64,000 nt of DNA, from positions 6,944,001 to 7,008,000 of the forward strand of contig JASGJH010000001.1 in assembly GCA_047601445.1 (NCBI GenBank). Direction: 5' to 3'. A program made the position numbers and the translations under genes. The notes beneath the pieces were generated by a model that did not search any database, was not told the origin of the DNA, and was given only the letters and a program-made list of their open reading frames with translations. The DNA is from Myxococcales bacterium (GTDB taxonomy: Bacteria > Myxococcota_A > Polyangia > Polyangiales > DASUME01). The number at the start of each line of letters is the position of its first letter. The stretch's first letter is position 1. Positions 35,200 to 45,612 of the stretch are shown here, in pieces.

Positions 35200-36184
35200 A
35201 TGTTCAAAGGTTCTGAAGCGTCCCTGTCGCGCCCCGGGTGGCGTACCACGTGCCATGTCTTGTTCGTCTTGACGGCGCTCCTGCACACACCTGCCTGCTC
35301 CGAGCAGTCAGCGTCGACGGGCAAGAACGGCAGCAGCTGCATGTCCTCCGTCGAGTGCCAGGAGCCGCTCTACTGTGACCGCTGGAGTGATCACACGTGC
35401 GCGCAGCGAGGAGCGCTCGGCCGCCTCTGTGAGGAAGGAAAATGCAGCGCAGGACTGGTGTGCGACCGGGACGAACGCTGCTCTCCACCAGGGGAAAGAG
35501 GGCGATCGCTGCACTGACGACGAGCAGTGCGCTGCGCCGCTCTATTGCAACTTCGACGAGTGGACGCCGAAGCAGGAGCTGGGTGACGCTTGCGAGTACC
35601 CATGGGAGTGCGACGACGGGCTTGCGTGTAACTTTGAATCCGCCGGGGAAGATGAGCTCGGCGTGTGTGAGGAAGTCGGTAGCGAGGGGAAGCCCTGCAC
35701 GCCCGACCACTTCTGCGACGAGGGCCTGACTTGCCGGGCCAATGTTTGCACGAGCGGGTCGGGCAAGCCCCTCGAGGCCCCCTGCACGATGGACTACGAG
35801 TGCGAGAGTGCGCGTTGCGAGTTGCGGGGTGGCGCAGCGGTCGCGGTGTGTCTGCCCGCCCTCTCGGAGTACTGCGAACTGAGCAGAGGTTACTGCGAAT
35901 ACTTTGCCGGCGGCCCACTCTATCCGAACACCTGTGGGGGCCTGCTTTCGGACTGCACCCCCTCGCAGAGCTGTCAGCCCCTCTCCTTCAACAGCAGCAC
36001 TTGGGTTTGCCGTGATGCGTGCGCAGGCAACGGCGCGTGCCCGAACAACGGCACATGCAGCGCCGGCTACTGCATTCCCCATCCGCAATGGGAGCTCGTG
36101 CGCGACGCGCCCGAGGAGCACGTGTGCGTCAGCAACGAGAACTGCGCCTCCGGAGTGTGCGACGACAACCTCTGCGGCGGATAG
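35200..36184 (+). pseudogene. Cys-rich repeat lipoprotein with +1 frameshift near 35491-35494 (pseudogene or sequencing error)
   Basis: GAGG RBS, TPA-C lipobox; Cys repeats run ...CSPPG then resume KEGDRC... in another frame across CCA GGGG AAA. Confidence 0.7.
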
Positions 36185-36301
36185 GCGGTGAGCGTGGATG
36201 GGGCCGGCGGAAAGGTCGCTTCCTATTCGTCCGAGCCTATCGGTGTCGGCTTCGGTCCGCTTCATCGGTTGCCATCGAAATGCGAGCCTCCGCCTGACCG
36301 C

Positions 36302-38362
36302 TTATCCCCTCAGCTGCTCCAGCACGCTGCGAAGCTCCCGCTCCAGCTCCCCAGCATCCCGATAGCGATCGGCGGGCTTCTTCGCGAGACAACGCAGCGT
36401 GAGTTGCTCCAGCGCCGGATGGACTTCGCTCGCTCCGCTCACGCTGGGCGGAGCGGGCGTCTGCGCTGCGTGCGCCAACAAGAGCGCGCCTGCCTCGCCG
36501 TGTTCGAAGGGGGGCCGCCCTGTCAGCAGGAAGTAGAGGACTCCGCCGAGCGCGTATACGTCGCTGCGGGCGTCAGCGGGTTGTCCGAGCGCGACTTCGG
36601 GCGAAACGTACTGGGGCGTCCCAACCATCCGCTCGCCGACGGTGAGAGAGTGCGCGACCTCTGCGTCCAGGAGCTTCGCGACCCCGAAGTCGAGCACCTT
36701 TACGAAGTCCGAGATGCCGCCCGCCTTGCAGACGAAGACATTGGCGGGCTTGATGTCGCGATGGATCACGCCCTGCTGGTGGGCTTCAGCCATCGCACCT
36801 GCCACCTGCAGCATGATATGCAAGCAACGATGCTGGTTTAGAGCTCCTTCCCTCAGGACCAGTGCGTTCAGGTCGTCGCCTTCGAGAAACTCCATCGCGT
36901 AGTACCAGAGGCCGTCCTCCGTTGCGCCGTAGTCGAAGATGCGCACGGTGTTCGGATGAGTGAGGCTCGTGGTGGCTTGAACTTCGCGTTCGAAGCGCTG
37001 CAATGCATGGGGGCTCGAGCGGTCCATCCGCATGATCTTCACCGCGACGTTGCGACGAAGAGTGGCATGGTGGGCCAACCAAACCTCACCCATGCCGCCA
37101 CGCCCGATACAGTGCATGAGGCGGTAGCGTCCGAGGTTGCGCGCGGCGAAGATCTGTCTGCGCAGGGCCCACACGGCGTGCCCGCCCGCCACGGTGTAGA
37201 AGAAGGCGGTGAAGACCAAACTGCTGTAGAAGTAAAACAGCGACAGGGCGGCCGGATCGTGGAGCTTGGCGGCAAGTTCGGGCGAGATCATCATCCCGAT
37301 GACCTGGGCGACCGGATACGAGAAGGCGGCCACGCCTCCAGAGATGAGACTCTGACGCCAGGGCACCGCGATGAAGGCGTTGCGAGACATCAACACGACT
37401 GGCAGGCCGGCTGCATAGGGCGAGGACATTCCCCCGGACATTACGCACATGGCCGAGATCGCCACGCCCGCAGACCCAAACGAATAGGCATCCAAGCGCG
37501 CCAGCGCTGCCGGCGTGGGCAACGGCGAGCGCCGCAGACGCCAGGCCACATACGGCGGAAAGAACCAGGCCAGGCCGCGCGCGACCACGTACCACCAGAA
37601 TTCTCCCGGGTGGATATAGGTGACCATGAGCCAGTCGCACAGAAAGAACGAAGGCCAGACGAAGCTCGCGATGTCGCCGACCTTTCTGAGCCGCAGCACG
37701 TTGGCCACGTGCTCCTCGTCAGAAAGCTTCTTCTCCATGTCGGCGCGTTCGCTGGAGCGGCGGTCTTCCACGCGCAGCGGAGAACCCGTGCTCATCTGGC
37801 CGGCGGCGGACTTGGCCACGTCGATAGAACGTGTGGGCTCGAGCTCTCCACAGGCGGCCAGGAGCTCCCGGGCGCTGGCGAAGCCGCCGGTCTCCGGGGC
37901 GCGGTCGGTCCGGCGTAGGGCCTCCACGAGGGGGGAGAGGACGTCCGGACGCTGCTCTTCCAAGCTGCGCGTGAGCTGGTCCAGATAGGCGGGCGTGGCG
38001 TCGTTCTCGACGATGCCCAGCAGGGCACGAGCGACCAACACGCCGATGGCTGTCAGATCGGCCTGGACGGCGCGTGGTGTCAGCGGAGTGCCGTGTCCTC
38101 CATGCTGGCCGGCCTGCTTGGAGACATCGATCTCTACGGCCAAGTGGCCAGAGGGGCGGGGCTTGCGTAGCCAAATCCGTGATAGCTCGGGGAGCACCGC
38201 TCGTTGCCCAGTGGCGTGGGCATTCATCGCGGCCATGGTCAGGCCGCGCAGGATCTGCACAGCTTCGGCGATGGTCAGGTGGCGCGTGCGTAAGAGCTCA
38301 TCGAGTGAGACCGCAGAGCTGCTTGGCGAGCCGTTTTCAGCAGGCGATTCGACTCCCGACAC
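36302..38362 (-). CDS. Ser/Thr protein kinase with multi-pass membrane region and N-terminal degenerate kinase-like segment
   Basis: IGRGGMGEVW, VAVK, HRDIKPAN, VLDFG, GTPQYVSPE, DVYALG. Confidence 0.93.
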   Translation of the reverse strand: MSGVESPAENGSPSSSAVSLDELLRTRHLTIAEAVQILRGLTMAAMNAHATGQRAVLPELSRIWLRKPRPSGHLAVEIDVSKQAGQHGGHGTPLTPRAVQADLTAIGVLVARALLGIVENDATPAYLDQLTRSLEEQRPDVLSPLVEALRRTDRAPETGGFASARELLAACGELEPTRSIDVAKSAAGQMSTGSPLRVEDRRSSERADMEKKLSDEEHVANVLRLRKVGDIASFVWPSFFLCDWLMVTYIHPGEFWWYVVARGLAWFFPPYVAWRLRRSPLPTPAALARLDAYSFGSAGVAISAMCVMSGGMSSPYAAGLPVVLMSRNAFIAVPWRQSLISGGVAAFSYPVAQVIGMMISPELAAKLHDPAALSLFYFYSSLVFTAFFYTVAGGHAVWALRRQIFAARNLGRYRLMHCIGRGGMGEVWLAHHATLRRNVAVKIMRMDRSSPHALQRFEREVQATTSLTHPNTVRIFDYGATEDGLWYYAMEFLEGDDLNALVLREGALNQHRCLHIMLQVAGAMAEAHQQGVIHRDIKPANVFVCKAGGISDFVKVLDFGVAKLLDAEVAHSLTVGERMVGTPQYVSPEVALGQPADARSDVYALGGVLYFLLTGRPPFEHGEAGALLLAHAAQTPAPPSVSGASEVHPALEQLTLRCLAKKPADRYRDAGELERELRSVLEQLRG

Positions 38363-38628
38363 GCGGCGGATGATACGCGAGTCTCGCGCGCGAGCCTCGG
38401 CAATTCGAAACCACGACCAAACCCCTGGTGACCAGGCCGAAAGTCGGCAGGACTAGCGAGTGGCTCGCACTTTCGCGCGTGCATCGGCGGGTCGGACAGC
38501 TGCTGGCTCAACGCGGCTACCGCGGCCTACGTTGGGCTATGGGAGGCTTTCGGCGGCTTGCGGCAGTCGGCGCGCGAGCAGCGAATGAGTGCGGCGGACC
38601 GGCGTAGTGAGGGCCACGAGGCCTTTGA

Positions 38629-40521
38629 CTACCATATGAAACTCGCTCCCCCGAGGTACGTCTGTTCGAGCGTGTCGTGAGCGAAATGATAGCGAACCGA
38701 CGAGTCCAGGTTGAGCGCGAACCAGTCCCGCACGTGAATGCGAATGAGCGGCTGGGGCCGGAGGCCCATGCTTTGCACCGAGCCCACGGCGAGCTGCACC
38801 GCCCCCTCGGGGCTGCGCCAGCTCTGATCCGCGAGCTCTCCCTCCCAGAGTTGATTCTGCGAGATGGAGAGCGCCAGATGAAACGTCACGGTGTCCGCGA
38901 GCGTGTGCGTGTAGCCCACGGCCGCGTGCACGCGCCAGGTGTTCGGGGGCGTCCAACGAGGCGGGTAGGCGCTCTCTGGGGAAGCGCTCAGGCGCGACTC
39001 GGCCGTCATCTGCGCCGGTTGCGGATTCACATCGTGATCGCCGGAGTCTCTGGCGATCCAACGCAGGCCAGAGCTAGCCCCCAGGCTGAAGTCGAATGAA
39101 GAGCGCTGCGAGATCCAACGGCGCAAGTCCACGCCAAAGGCCGGCTGCGCCGTGAGAATGAAACCAGCGAAGTTGTTGAACCCCATCCCCCAGCCCACGA
39201 TGCCGCCCCAGGGCAGCCACTCGAAGCCGCCGTGCTCCCCTCCGCGGTACGTGATGGCGAGCGTGGGAAGAACCCATTGCCAGCGGTCGGTGAGCCCGCG
39301 CGGTGCGAGCATCCCGAACGCGAAGTGGTTGTCGGTCGCGATGTTCATGCCGAGCGTCGACCCTTCCGTGACACCGAGCCAGCCCGTAATCTCCTGCATA
39401 CCCTTGGGGACCGTGGTGAGTGTCAGCGGCCGTGGCGCTCCATGCTTGACGGCAAGCAAACTCGAACCGACCAGCGAGAGACGCTCCTCGTCGATGTGCG
39501 TGGTCTGACCGGGCTCGACGGCGATCTCTTCCGCCCATACCTGACTGCCGCTACGGCGTCGCAGGAGGTAGCGCCCCGGCGCCACTGCCAGCTGCAGGCT
39601 TCGTTCGCCCTTTGGCAGCTCCAGCACCACCAGCCCGCTTCCCAGGTGCAGCAGTTCGAGCGGCCCCTGGCGCTGATCTACCGAGAGCAGCGCACCGGCA
39701 GCGTGCAGCGTCGCCAGTCGCAGGTCGTTGCGTCCGCGCAGCTGCATCGAGAAGCTCGGATGCTGCGGCGACGCCGTGTGGAGCGCCGTGTCGCGAATCG
39801 TCAAGGCTCGCGCATACTCGAAGGCCTCCGTCAGCATGACCTGACCATCGGCGTTGCGGTCGCCCGCTCCACGCAGGCCGGCAATCCAGTGATGTGTGAA
39901 GAACGAGCCGCCGAGCGCCTCGGACTCGTGCGCGTCCTCGAGACCCGAGCTCGAGGCGATCAACACCGATCCCTCACTCGAGAGCGCCGTCGGCAGGTCG
40001 ACTTCGAACAGCTCGGTCTCGTTCAGCCCCTTGGCCCCCGTCCATCCCCCGCCGCGGCAAGCGTCGATGATGCCGATGCGCACACTCACCTTGGGGCTTT
40101 GCAGGCGTGCGCGCAGATCCGCGAGCGCGAGGGGACGTCCCGCAGGATAGAGCGAGGTCGTATCGGCGTGCCCCGAGTAGTAGAAGAGCAACAGGGCTTC
40201 TCGATCCTGCGCATGCACACGCTCGAGCTGGGCATCCAGCGCGCGCAGGACGGCAGCCGGATCGGGGTCGAGCAGCACGTTCACGTCGGATGGCGCAAAA
40301 CCTCCGAGCTCGACCAGCACCCTGCCCACGGCTTCGGCATCGTCTCGCGCATAGCGAAGCGCCTTGCGACCCGGCGCTGCGGCGTTGGCTCCAATGACGA
40401 GCGCCATGCGGCGCGGGCCACCGGCAGCGGAGGGGTCGGCGCGGACGATGCTCGCAGTGACCGACTGCACGCACGCCAGCAAGACGAGCGAGGCGAGCGC
40501 GCGCACGACTTTCCGGTTCAC
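38629..40521 (-). CDS. Secreted caspase-like (peptidase C14) protein with C-terminal beta-strand domain
   Basis: Signal peptide; RMALVIGAN, LRYARDDA, FYYSGHAD (His), IIDACRGG (Cys), GSFFTHHW..GLRGAGD; GTGA coupling to the upstream gene. Confidence 0.88.
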   Translation of the reverse strand: MNRKVVRALASLVLLACVQSVTASIVRADPSAAGGPRRMALVIGANAAAPGRKALRYARDDAEAVGRVLVELGGFAPSDVNVLLDPDPAAVLRALDAQLERVHAQDREALLLFYYSGHADTTSLYPAGRPLALADLRARLQSPKVSVRIGIIDACRGGGWTGAKGLNETELFEVDLPTALSSEGSVLIASSSGLEDAHESEALGGSFFTHHWIAGLRGAGDRNADGQVMLTEAFEYARALTIRDTALHTASPQHPSFSMQLRGRNDLRLATLHAAGALLSVDQRQGPLELLHLGSGLVVLELPKGERSLQLAVAPGRYLLRRRSGSQVWAEEIAVEPGQTTHIDEERLSLVGSSLLAVKHGAPRPLTLTTVPKGMQEITGWLGVTEGSTLGMNIATDNHFAFGMLAPRGLTDRWQWVLPTLAITYRGGEHGGFEWLPWGGIVGWGMGFNNFAGFILTAQPAFGVDLRRWISQRSSFDFSLGASSGLRWIARDSGDHDVNPQPAQMTAESRLSASPESAYPPRWTPPNTWRVHAAVGYTHTLADTVTFHLALSISQNQLWEGELADQSWRSPEGAVQLAVGSVQSMGLRPQPLIRIHVRDWFALNLDSSVRYHFAHDTLEQTYLGGASFIW

Positions 40522-41210
40522 TTGGCAGCTCCTCGCTTGGGGAAATTCAAGCGCACAACCCATACTTCGCCCGGGTCGTGCGCGCGCAGAAGCTCCTGGG
40601 CTGCGAGCGGGGAGATCTCCCAGCGCGAGAGCATGACTGCGATCTGCTCTGCCCCTGGCGCCGCATCGAGCTCCCATGCCTTGGGCAGCATGGACAACGT
40701 TCGCGGCGGCAGCCGTCCTGTGTAGAGCAACTTCGGAACGGCCTCCTGCGTGGCCACGTTGAAGACGGACACATGACTGAACTCTTCGGGCATGATCTGC
40801 AGGCGGATGCGATCACCCGCGACGAGCGGCGCGCCGTCCCACAAGCCACTCACGCCCTCGTGCTGCACGTACACCCCCACGGCCGGCGCGCCCTTCACGC
40901 CGTCGTAGCTCGGGTCCACGTCCTTGGGACGCAGAATCGCGAGGCTCACCGCGGCAGCCAGGGCTAACGCCCCTACCGTCCACAAGCGCCGGGGTCGTGT
41001 GCGCGGCACCGTCTTCCCAGGCGTCCGTACAGACAGCGCAGCGCGCTCCTCGAGCCAGGCCGGCACCGCACCCGTTGGTTGGTGGCTCGCGACGTACGCG
41101 CGGCAGCGCGCACAGTCGGCCAGGTGGTTGGCCGTAGCCACACCCGAGCTGGCCCCCAACACATGCCGGTCGAGCTCCAGGTATGAAGGATGAAGGGTCG
41201 CATCGCTCAT
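40518..41210 (-). CDS. Anti-sigma factor-like membrane protein (zf-HC2) with extracytoplasmic domain
   Basis: HLADCARC, one TM helix, then VKG...GDRIRL; ATGA overlap with the sigma gene. Confidence 0.8.
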   Translation of the reverse strand: MSDATLHPSYLELDRHVLGASSGVATANHLADCARCRAYVASHQPTGAVPAWLEERAALSVRTPGKTVPRTRPRRLWTVGALALAAAVSLAILRPKDVDPSYDGVKGAPAVGVYVQHEGVSGLWDGAPLVAGDRIRLQIMPEEFSHVSVFNVATQEAVPKLLYTGRLPPRTLSMLPKAWELDAAPGAEQIAVMLSRWEISPLAAQELLRAHDPGEVWVVRLNFPKRGAAK

Positions 41211-41719
41211 CGTTCACTCCTCGTGCGCAGGCGCACCGCGCGCTCCTCGAACCTCACCAACAAACGCCGCACGCTGCGCTCGTGGATTCCGAGCACCTCG
41301 GCAATCTCTTGCTGTTTCAGGCCATCCACATGACTGAGCAGGGCCGCCGAGAGTTCGTCCTCGGGCAACCGGCGAACGAGCTCGGCCCACATCCCCGCGA
41401 ACAGAGCCTGCCTCTCTGGAGAAGCCTGGCTAGAAAGACTGTCGAAGGCGTGGTCTTCGGAGACGAGCCGTGCGCGCGACCGCAAGCGGTCCACGGCCAG
41501 CCGCGTGCTGGTGCGGTACAGCCAGGCGGTCACCCGACGGGGGTCATCGAGCGCGATCCCAGCGTCATGGAGCCGGAGGAACGCCTCCTGGGCGACGTCC
41601 TCCGCCTCGTGCCCGTCCCCGAGCATGCGGGCGCACTTGCGGACGAGGAGGGGGAAGTAGAGACGGTACGCGTGGATGAGCTCGGAAGGCATGCAGAAAG
41701 AGGCGCCTTGCGGGCGCAT
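41207..41719 (-). CDS. ECF sigma-70 family RNA polymerase sigma factor
   Basis: AEDVAQEAFLRL, WLYRTSTRLAVDRLR, GLKQQEIAEVLGIHERSV; start may be 41692. Confidence 0.92.
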   Translation of the reverse strand: MRPQGASFCMPSELIHAYRLYFPLLVRKCARMLGDGHEAEDVAQEAFLRLHDAGIALDDPRRVTAWLYRTSTRLAVDRLRSRARLVSEDHAFDSLSSQASPERQALFAGMWAELVRRLPEDELSAALLSHVDGLKQQEIAEVLGIHERSVRRLLVRFEERAVRLRTRSER

Positions 41720-41899
41720 GGTGAAAGACGACGCAGGACATGCAAACCGGACAAAAAAGGTGAAGGAGCCTGCTCCCCGGTCGGTCTTTCACCCCAAGCG
41801 CATGTAATCAGCTCGTGCCTACGTCCGATCACGGGCTCCACGACGTGCACGTCGTCCGAGGCGGACCAAATGGCGGGCTCAGCCTTTGGAACTCCGCAA

Positions 41900-43009
41900 T
41901 CACGGCCCCTTCACGCGCGGACTGGCAAGTACCGACCCCAAGCCAGCGCAAAGCGCCGCCTCGAGCGGTGGCGTCACGATACGCGTCTCCACGGCGCCCA
42001 CTCGAATCCCGAGCGTGGGTGCGTCGCGAACGCCGGGCATACATTCGAGACCTCCGAAGGGAATCGCAGTGGTCGTGTCGCATTCGTCGAGCGTCGGAAG
42101 GTCTTTGAGCCGCTCTTCGAGCTGCGACAGAACGTCGATCGCTTCGCTGCACCTGAACGGGAGCTCGAGTGTGTCTCTCGATTGGCCGACGCTCCAATCG
42201 AGATGCGCGCTGCCGAAGCCGGAGGTTGGCCTGGAAGAGCAGGTCTCACGGAGGCGCTTGCTGAGGTCAAGCAGCGCCTGAGGATCGAGCCGCTGGTGGA
42301 AGTCTTCGATACTGACGCGGCGATATACCACTTCGCGTGTTGGCGCTTCGGGGAAGGGGTCGCGAGTCTGCATGCGCACCCGTTCGAGCTGGAACTTGCG
42401 GCGACGACCGTGGCGCTCGACGCGCGTTCGGTCTGCAAGAACGATTTCAGGTTCACTCACGAGCGCGTAGTGAATCCCGAGCGGAGCGCGTTCGAGGTAG
42501 GTCCAGGCCTGCCTCCTCGAGTCCGGCCCTGCCTTCGACCTTTGCGTCGTGTCAACGACGAGGCAAGGGCCACAGGTCCGCTCCGAGAGGCCGATGCAAT
42601 CGCAGGTCTCGGTGTCAACGCCCTTGTAGGCGAGTCTCAACATGGGGAGACCAGGGTCCGCAATGCAGCCGCCGCTCGCGAAGCGCAGCTCGAGCGGTCG
42701 TCCGTTGTGAGCGTGCCGTCCCATGTCGAAGGGGACGCAGCCGTCCTCCTTGATGAATCCGAGGTCGTCCTCCCAACACCGTCGAGCCGTCGAGAGTGTG
42801 TCCATGTCATGAGCGGGATCGAATGACTTGGGAATGACACGCCGCGTGCATTCACGGGCTCGCTCGCAACGCGGGCTCGGCGGAGGAGGTAGGGTCAAGC
42901 TAGGGCGATGGAGGGGATCGCTCGGATCGGTCGTACAGCGATCACCCCTGGCATGCTCGAGAGGAGCGGCGACGGCGAACAGGAGGACCCAGGGAAGGGA
43001 GCGACCCAC
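41900..43009 (-). CDS. Secreted Cys-containing hypothetical protein
   Basis: N-terminal signal-like segment (LPWVLLFAVAAP..ARG); no recognisable domain. Confidence 0.5.
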   Translation of the reverse strand: MGRSLPWVLLFAVAAPLEHARGDRCTTDPSDPLHRPSLTLPPPPSPRCERARECTRRVIPKSFDPAHDMDTLSTARRCWEDDLGFIKEDGCVPFDMGRHAHNGRPLELRFASGGCIADPGLPMLRLAYKGVDTETCDCIGLSERTCGPCLVVDTTQRSKAGPDSRRQAWTYLERAPLGIHYALVSEPEIVLADRTRVERHGRRRKFQLERVRMQTRDPFPEAPTREVVYRRVSIEDFHQRLDPQALLDLSKRLRETCSSRPTSGFGSAHLDWSVGQSRDTLELPFRCSEAIDVLSQLEERLKDLPTLDECDTTTAIPFGGLECMPGVRDAPTLGIRVGAVETRIVTPPLEAALCAGLGSVLASPRVKGP

Positions 43010-43239
43010 GCTGCTAGCATCTCACGAAGAGGCGAGGACCGGTTGAGCTAGTTGCCACTCCGGCACCTGACTGCACGGGGTGCCGCCACCAACCACTGGC
43101 CCGCCCGCGACCAACAGCATCAAGGCGCCATTCGCGTTTACTCGTCTGCCCATGAAGGGAGCACCTTTCGTGTGGCGCTCGTGCCAGCACCGGCCACCGA
43201 ACAGGCGTAGCGCCCGGGCCGCGCTAGGCTGGGCCCACC

Positions 43240-43599
43240 ATGACCGCCGACAAAGCGCGCATCTACCACAACCCCCGCTGCTCGAAGAGCCGCGAAGCGC
43301 TCGCGCTCTTGCGTGAACACGGCATCGAGCCTGAGGTCGTGCTGTATCTGGAGCATCCGCCGAGTGCGCGCGAACTGGAGGTGATGCTGGGTCAGCTCGG
43401 GGTCGAACCTCGGGCGCTGCTGCGCACCAAGGAGGACGCCTATGCCGAGTCCGGGCTCACGGAGGAGAGCAGCATGCGCGAGATCGCGGATGCCATCGTG
43501 GCGCAACCGATCCTGTTGGAGCGTCCGCTGGTGGTGATCGGTGATCGTGCCGTGATTGGACGTCCGCCTGAGCGCGTGCTCGAGCTGCTCGAGGGCTAG
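43240..43599 (+). CDS. arsC: Arsenate reductase (glutaredoxin-dependent family)
   Basis: IYHNPRCSKSR, ILLERP, IGRPPE. Confidence 0.9.
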   Translation: MTADKARIYHNPRCSKSREALALLREHGIEPEVVLYLEHPPSARELEVMLGQLGVEPRALLRTKEDAYAESGLTEESSMREIADAIVAQPILLERPLVVIGDRAVIGRPPERVLELLEG

Positions 43600-43642
43600 G
43601 GGGCTTGATGCTGGTCGCAGCTTGGGGCGTGTGCAGCGTCTG

Positions 43643-44575
43643 CTAGGGCTTCAACGCCCGGACTTTGCGCCCCGGCTCCGCGCATGCACGAACCGCTTCC
43701 GAGACCTGGGTGCGCAGCCAGCGGTGTCGCGCGTCGTGCGTGAAGCGCGGCGCCCAGGCGACGCACATGGGGAGCTCGGGCGTGGGCACGGGGCACGCTG
43801 TGCAATGCAGCGCGGGCGCGAGTGCGCGCACCACGTCATCCGGCAGGGTGGCGATCAGGTCGGTGCTCTGCACCAGGGATAGGGCCGCGAGGAAGCTCGG
43901 TACGGCCACGGCCACACGGCGGCGTTGTCCACCGGCACGCAGGGCGTCGTCCACGTAGCCGCCTTCTTCGCCGCTCGGGGACACCAGCACGTGTTCGGCC
44001 GCAAGGAATGCGTCCAGGCCGAGGCGGCGCTTGCGGCGGGATACGGTGACGAAGCGGCGCGTGTACTGCACGCTCAGCACGAGCTCGCCGACCGAGGGGA
44101 TGTTGTACTGGCCGCGCAGGTCCGGGAACACGGCGAGCTCGATGGCGCCGCGCAGGGCCTCGCGGGCGCTGTCGAGGTGGATGGGGCGCACGCGGATGTC
44201 GAGCGCGGGGGCTGCGTCGCGCAGCCGGGTGAGCAGAGGCCCTGTGAGCACGGCCTGCATGTCGTCGCCCAACGCCAAGGTGATCACGCCGCGGGCCGTC
44301 TTGGGATCGAACTGACCGGCCGGGGAAAGCACGCGCTCGGCCGAGGCCAAGAGCTCCGACAGGGCGGGCAACAGCTCGGCGCCGCGCCGGGTGCGTACGA
44401 GCCGCCGGCCTTCGCGCACCAGCAGGGGATCGCCCGTGGTCGCGCGCAGCTTCTCGAGCGTGCGGCTCATGGCAGGCTGTCCGATGTGCATGCGCTGGGC
44501 GGCCAGCGTGACGCTCTCGGTCTCGAGCAGCGCGAGTAGGGCCGGCAGGAGTTCGGTCGGAGTGGCGGTGTTCAT
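43643..44575 (-). CDS. LysR family transcriptional regulator
   Basis: SVTLAAQRMHIGQPAMSRTLEKLR..GDPLLVR; substrate-binding domain with TDLIATLP, RHRWLR. Confidence 0.93.
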   Translation of the reverse strand: MNTATPTELLPALLALLETESVTLAAQRMHIGQPAMSRTLEKLRATTGDPLLVREGRRLVRTRRGAELLPALSELLASAERVLSPAGQFDPKTARGVITLALGDDMQAVLTGPLLTRLRDAAPALDIRVRPIHLDSAREALRGAIELAVFPDLRGQYNIPSVGELVLSVQYTRRFVTVSRRKRRLGLDAFLAAEHVLVSPSGEEGGYVDDALRAGGQRRRVAVAVPSFLAALSLVQSTDLIATLPDDVVRALAPALHCTACPVPTPELPMCVAWAPRFTHDARHRWLRTQVSEAVRACAEPGRKVRALKP

Positions 44576-44588
44576 GCTCTGTAAGCAT
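44574..44588. promoter_or_regulatory. LysR-type T-N11-A dyad site
   Basis: ATGC-TCTGTAA-GCAT overlapping the LysR start, between divergent genes. Confidence 0.6.
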
Positions 44589-44661
44589 GGATGATAGTAC
44601 TTCAATCGATTTTCGGCATGCATTGTTCCGGGGCAGGCTGTATCTCGGAAAGGCGGTTCAC

Positions 44662-45612
44662 ATGGGCAGCAGCGAGCAGAAGCAGGGGTTGGTTCAGCGG
44701 CACGTGGCGGTGGTGGGAGCGGGGCAGATCGGCACGCCGGTGGTGGAGCGACTGCACGGCATGGGGATGCGCGTGACCTGGCTCAGCCGCAGTCGTCCCC
44801 GCGATGTCCCGGCGGGCGTCGAGCACGTGCAGGTGGATGCGAGCGATGCCGAGGCGCTGGCTGCGGCACTGGGGGATGCCAGCGCGGTGATCGCGGCCGT
44901 GAACCCCGCCGTGTACGACGCCAAAGTGTGGCGTGAGACCCTGCCTCCGCTGCACCGCGGTCTGATCGACGGCGTGGGGCGTACTGGGGCCCGCCTCGTG
45001 GTGCTCGATGCGCTCTACCTGTACGCCACCGACCAGGGGCCGCTCTCGCCGAGTACACCGCAGACGCCGCACACGGAGAAGGGCAAGGTGCGCAAGCAGA
45101 TCGCGGACATGTTGGCCGAGGCCCAGGCGCAGGGCCGCGTGCGTGCCACCGTCTTGCGCGCGCCCGACTTCTGGGGACCCGCGCTCAGCTCGGCCCTGTT
45201 CACGCAGCAGGGGATCGAGGGGTTGAAGGTAGGCAAGCGGCCCTTCTTGATCGGGGATCCCGACCAGCCCCATGCATTCTCTCACCGCGATGATGTGGTG
45301 AGCGCCCTGGTGAACCTGGCGATCGCGGGGGACGACGTGGAAGGCAAGGTCTTCCATGCACCCGTGCTTCACGTGACCCCGCGCGAGCTGAGCGTGGCCC
45401 TGGCACGGGAGCTCGGCGTCGACGTGAAGCCCTTCGTCACGCCGTCGTGGCTGCTGCGCGTGATGGGGCTGTTCTCCAAGCCCATGGGCGGTCTGGTCGA
45501 GATGTTGCCGCAGTGGCAGTCGCCGTATCTGGTGGATGACCGCAGCTACTGCGAGCGCTTCGGAGCGCGCGCCGTGACGCTGGCCGAGGGCGTGGCGCAG
45601 CTCGCGACTTGA
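44662..45612 (+). CDS. NAD-dependent epimerase/dehydratase family protein
   Basis: VVGAGQIG, KGKVRKQI, RAPDFWGP; divergent from LysR. Confidence 0.88.
   Translation: MGSSEQKQGLVQRHVAVVGAGQIGTPVVERLHGMGMRVTWLSRSRPRDVPAGVEHVQVDASDAEALAAALGDASAVIAAVNPAVYDAKVWRETLPPLHRGLIDGVGRTGARLVVLDALYLYATDQGPLSPSTPQTPHTEKGKVRKQIADMLAEAQAQGRVRATVLRAPDFWGPALSSALFTQQGIEGLKVGKRPFLIGDPDQPHAFSHRDDVVSALVNLAIAGDDVEGKVFHAPVLHVTPRELSVALARELGVDVKPFVTPSWLLRVMGLFSKPMGGLVEMLPQWQSPYLVDDRSYCERFGARAVTLAEGVAQLAT

Noticed and set aside
41183..42826. 547-aa plus-strand ORF
   Set aside because: Overlaps the ECF sigma gene in antisense and has no motif; the minus-strand ORF with a signal-like N-terminus is preferred, with moderate confidence
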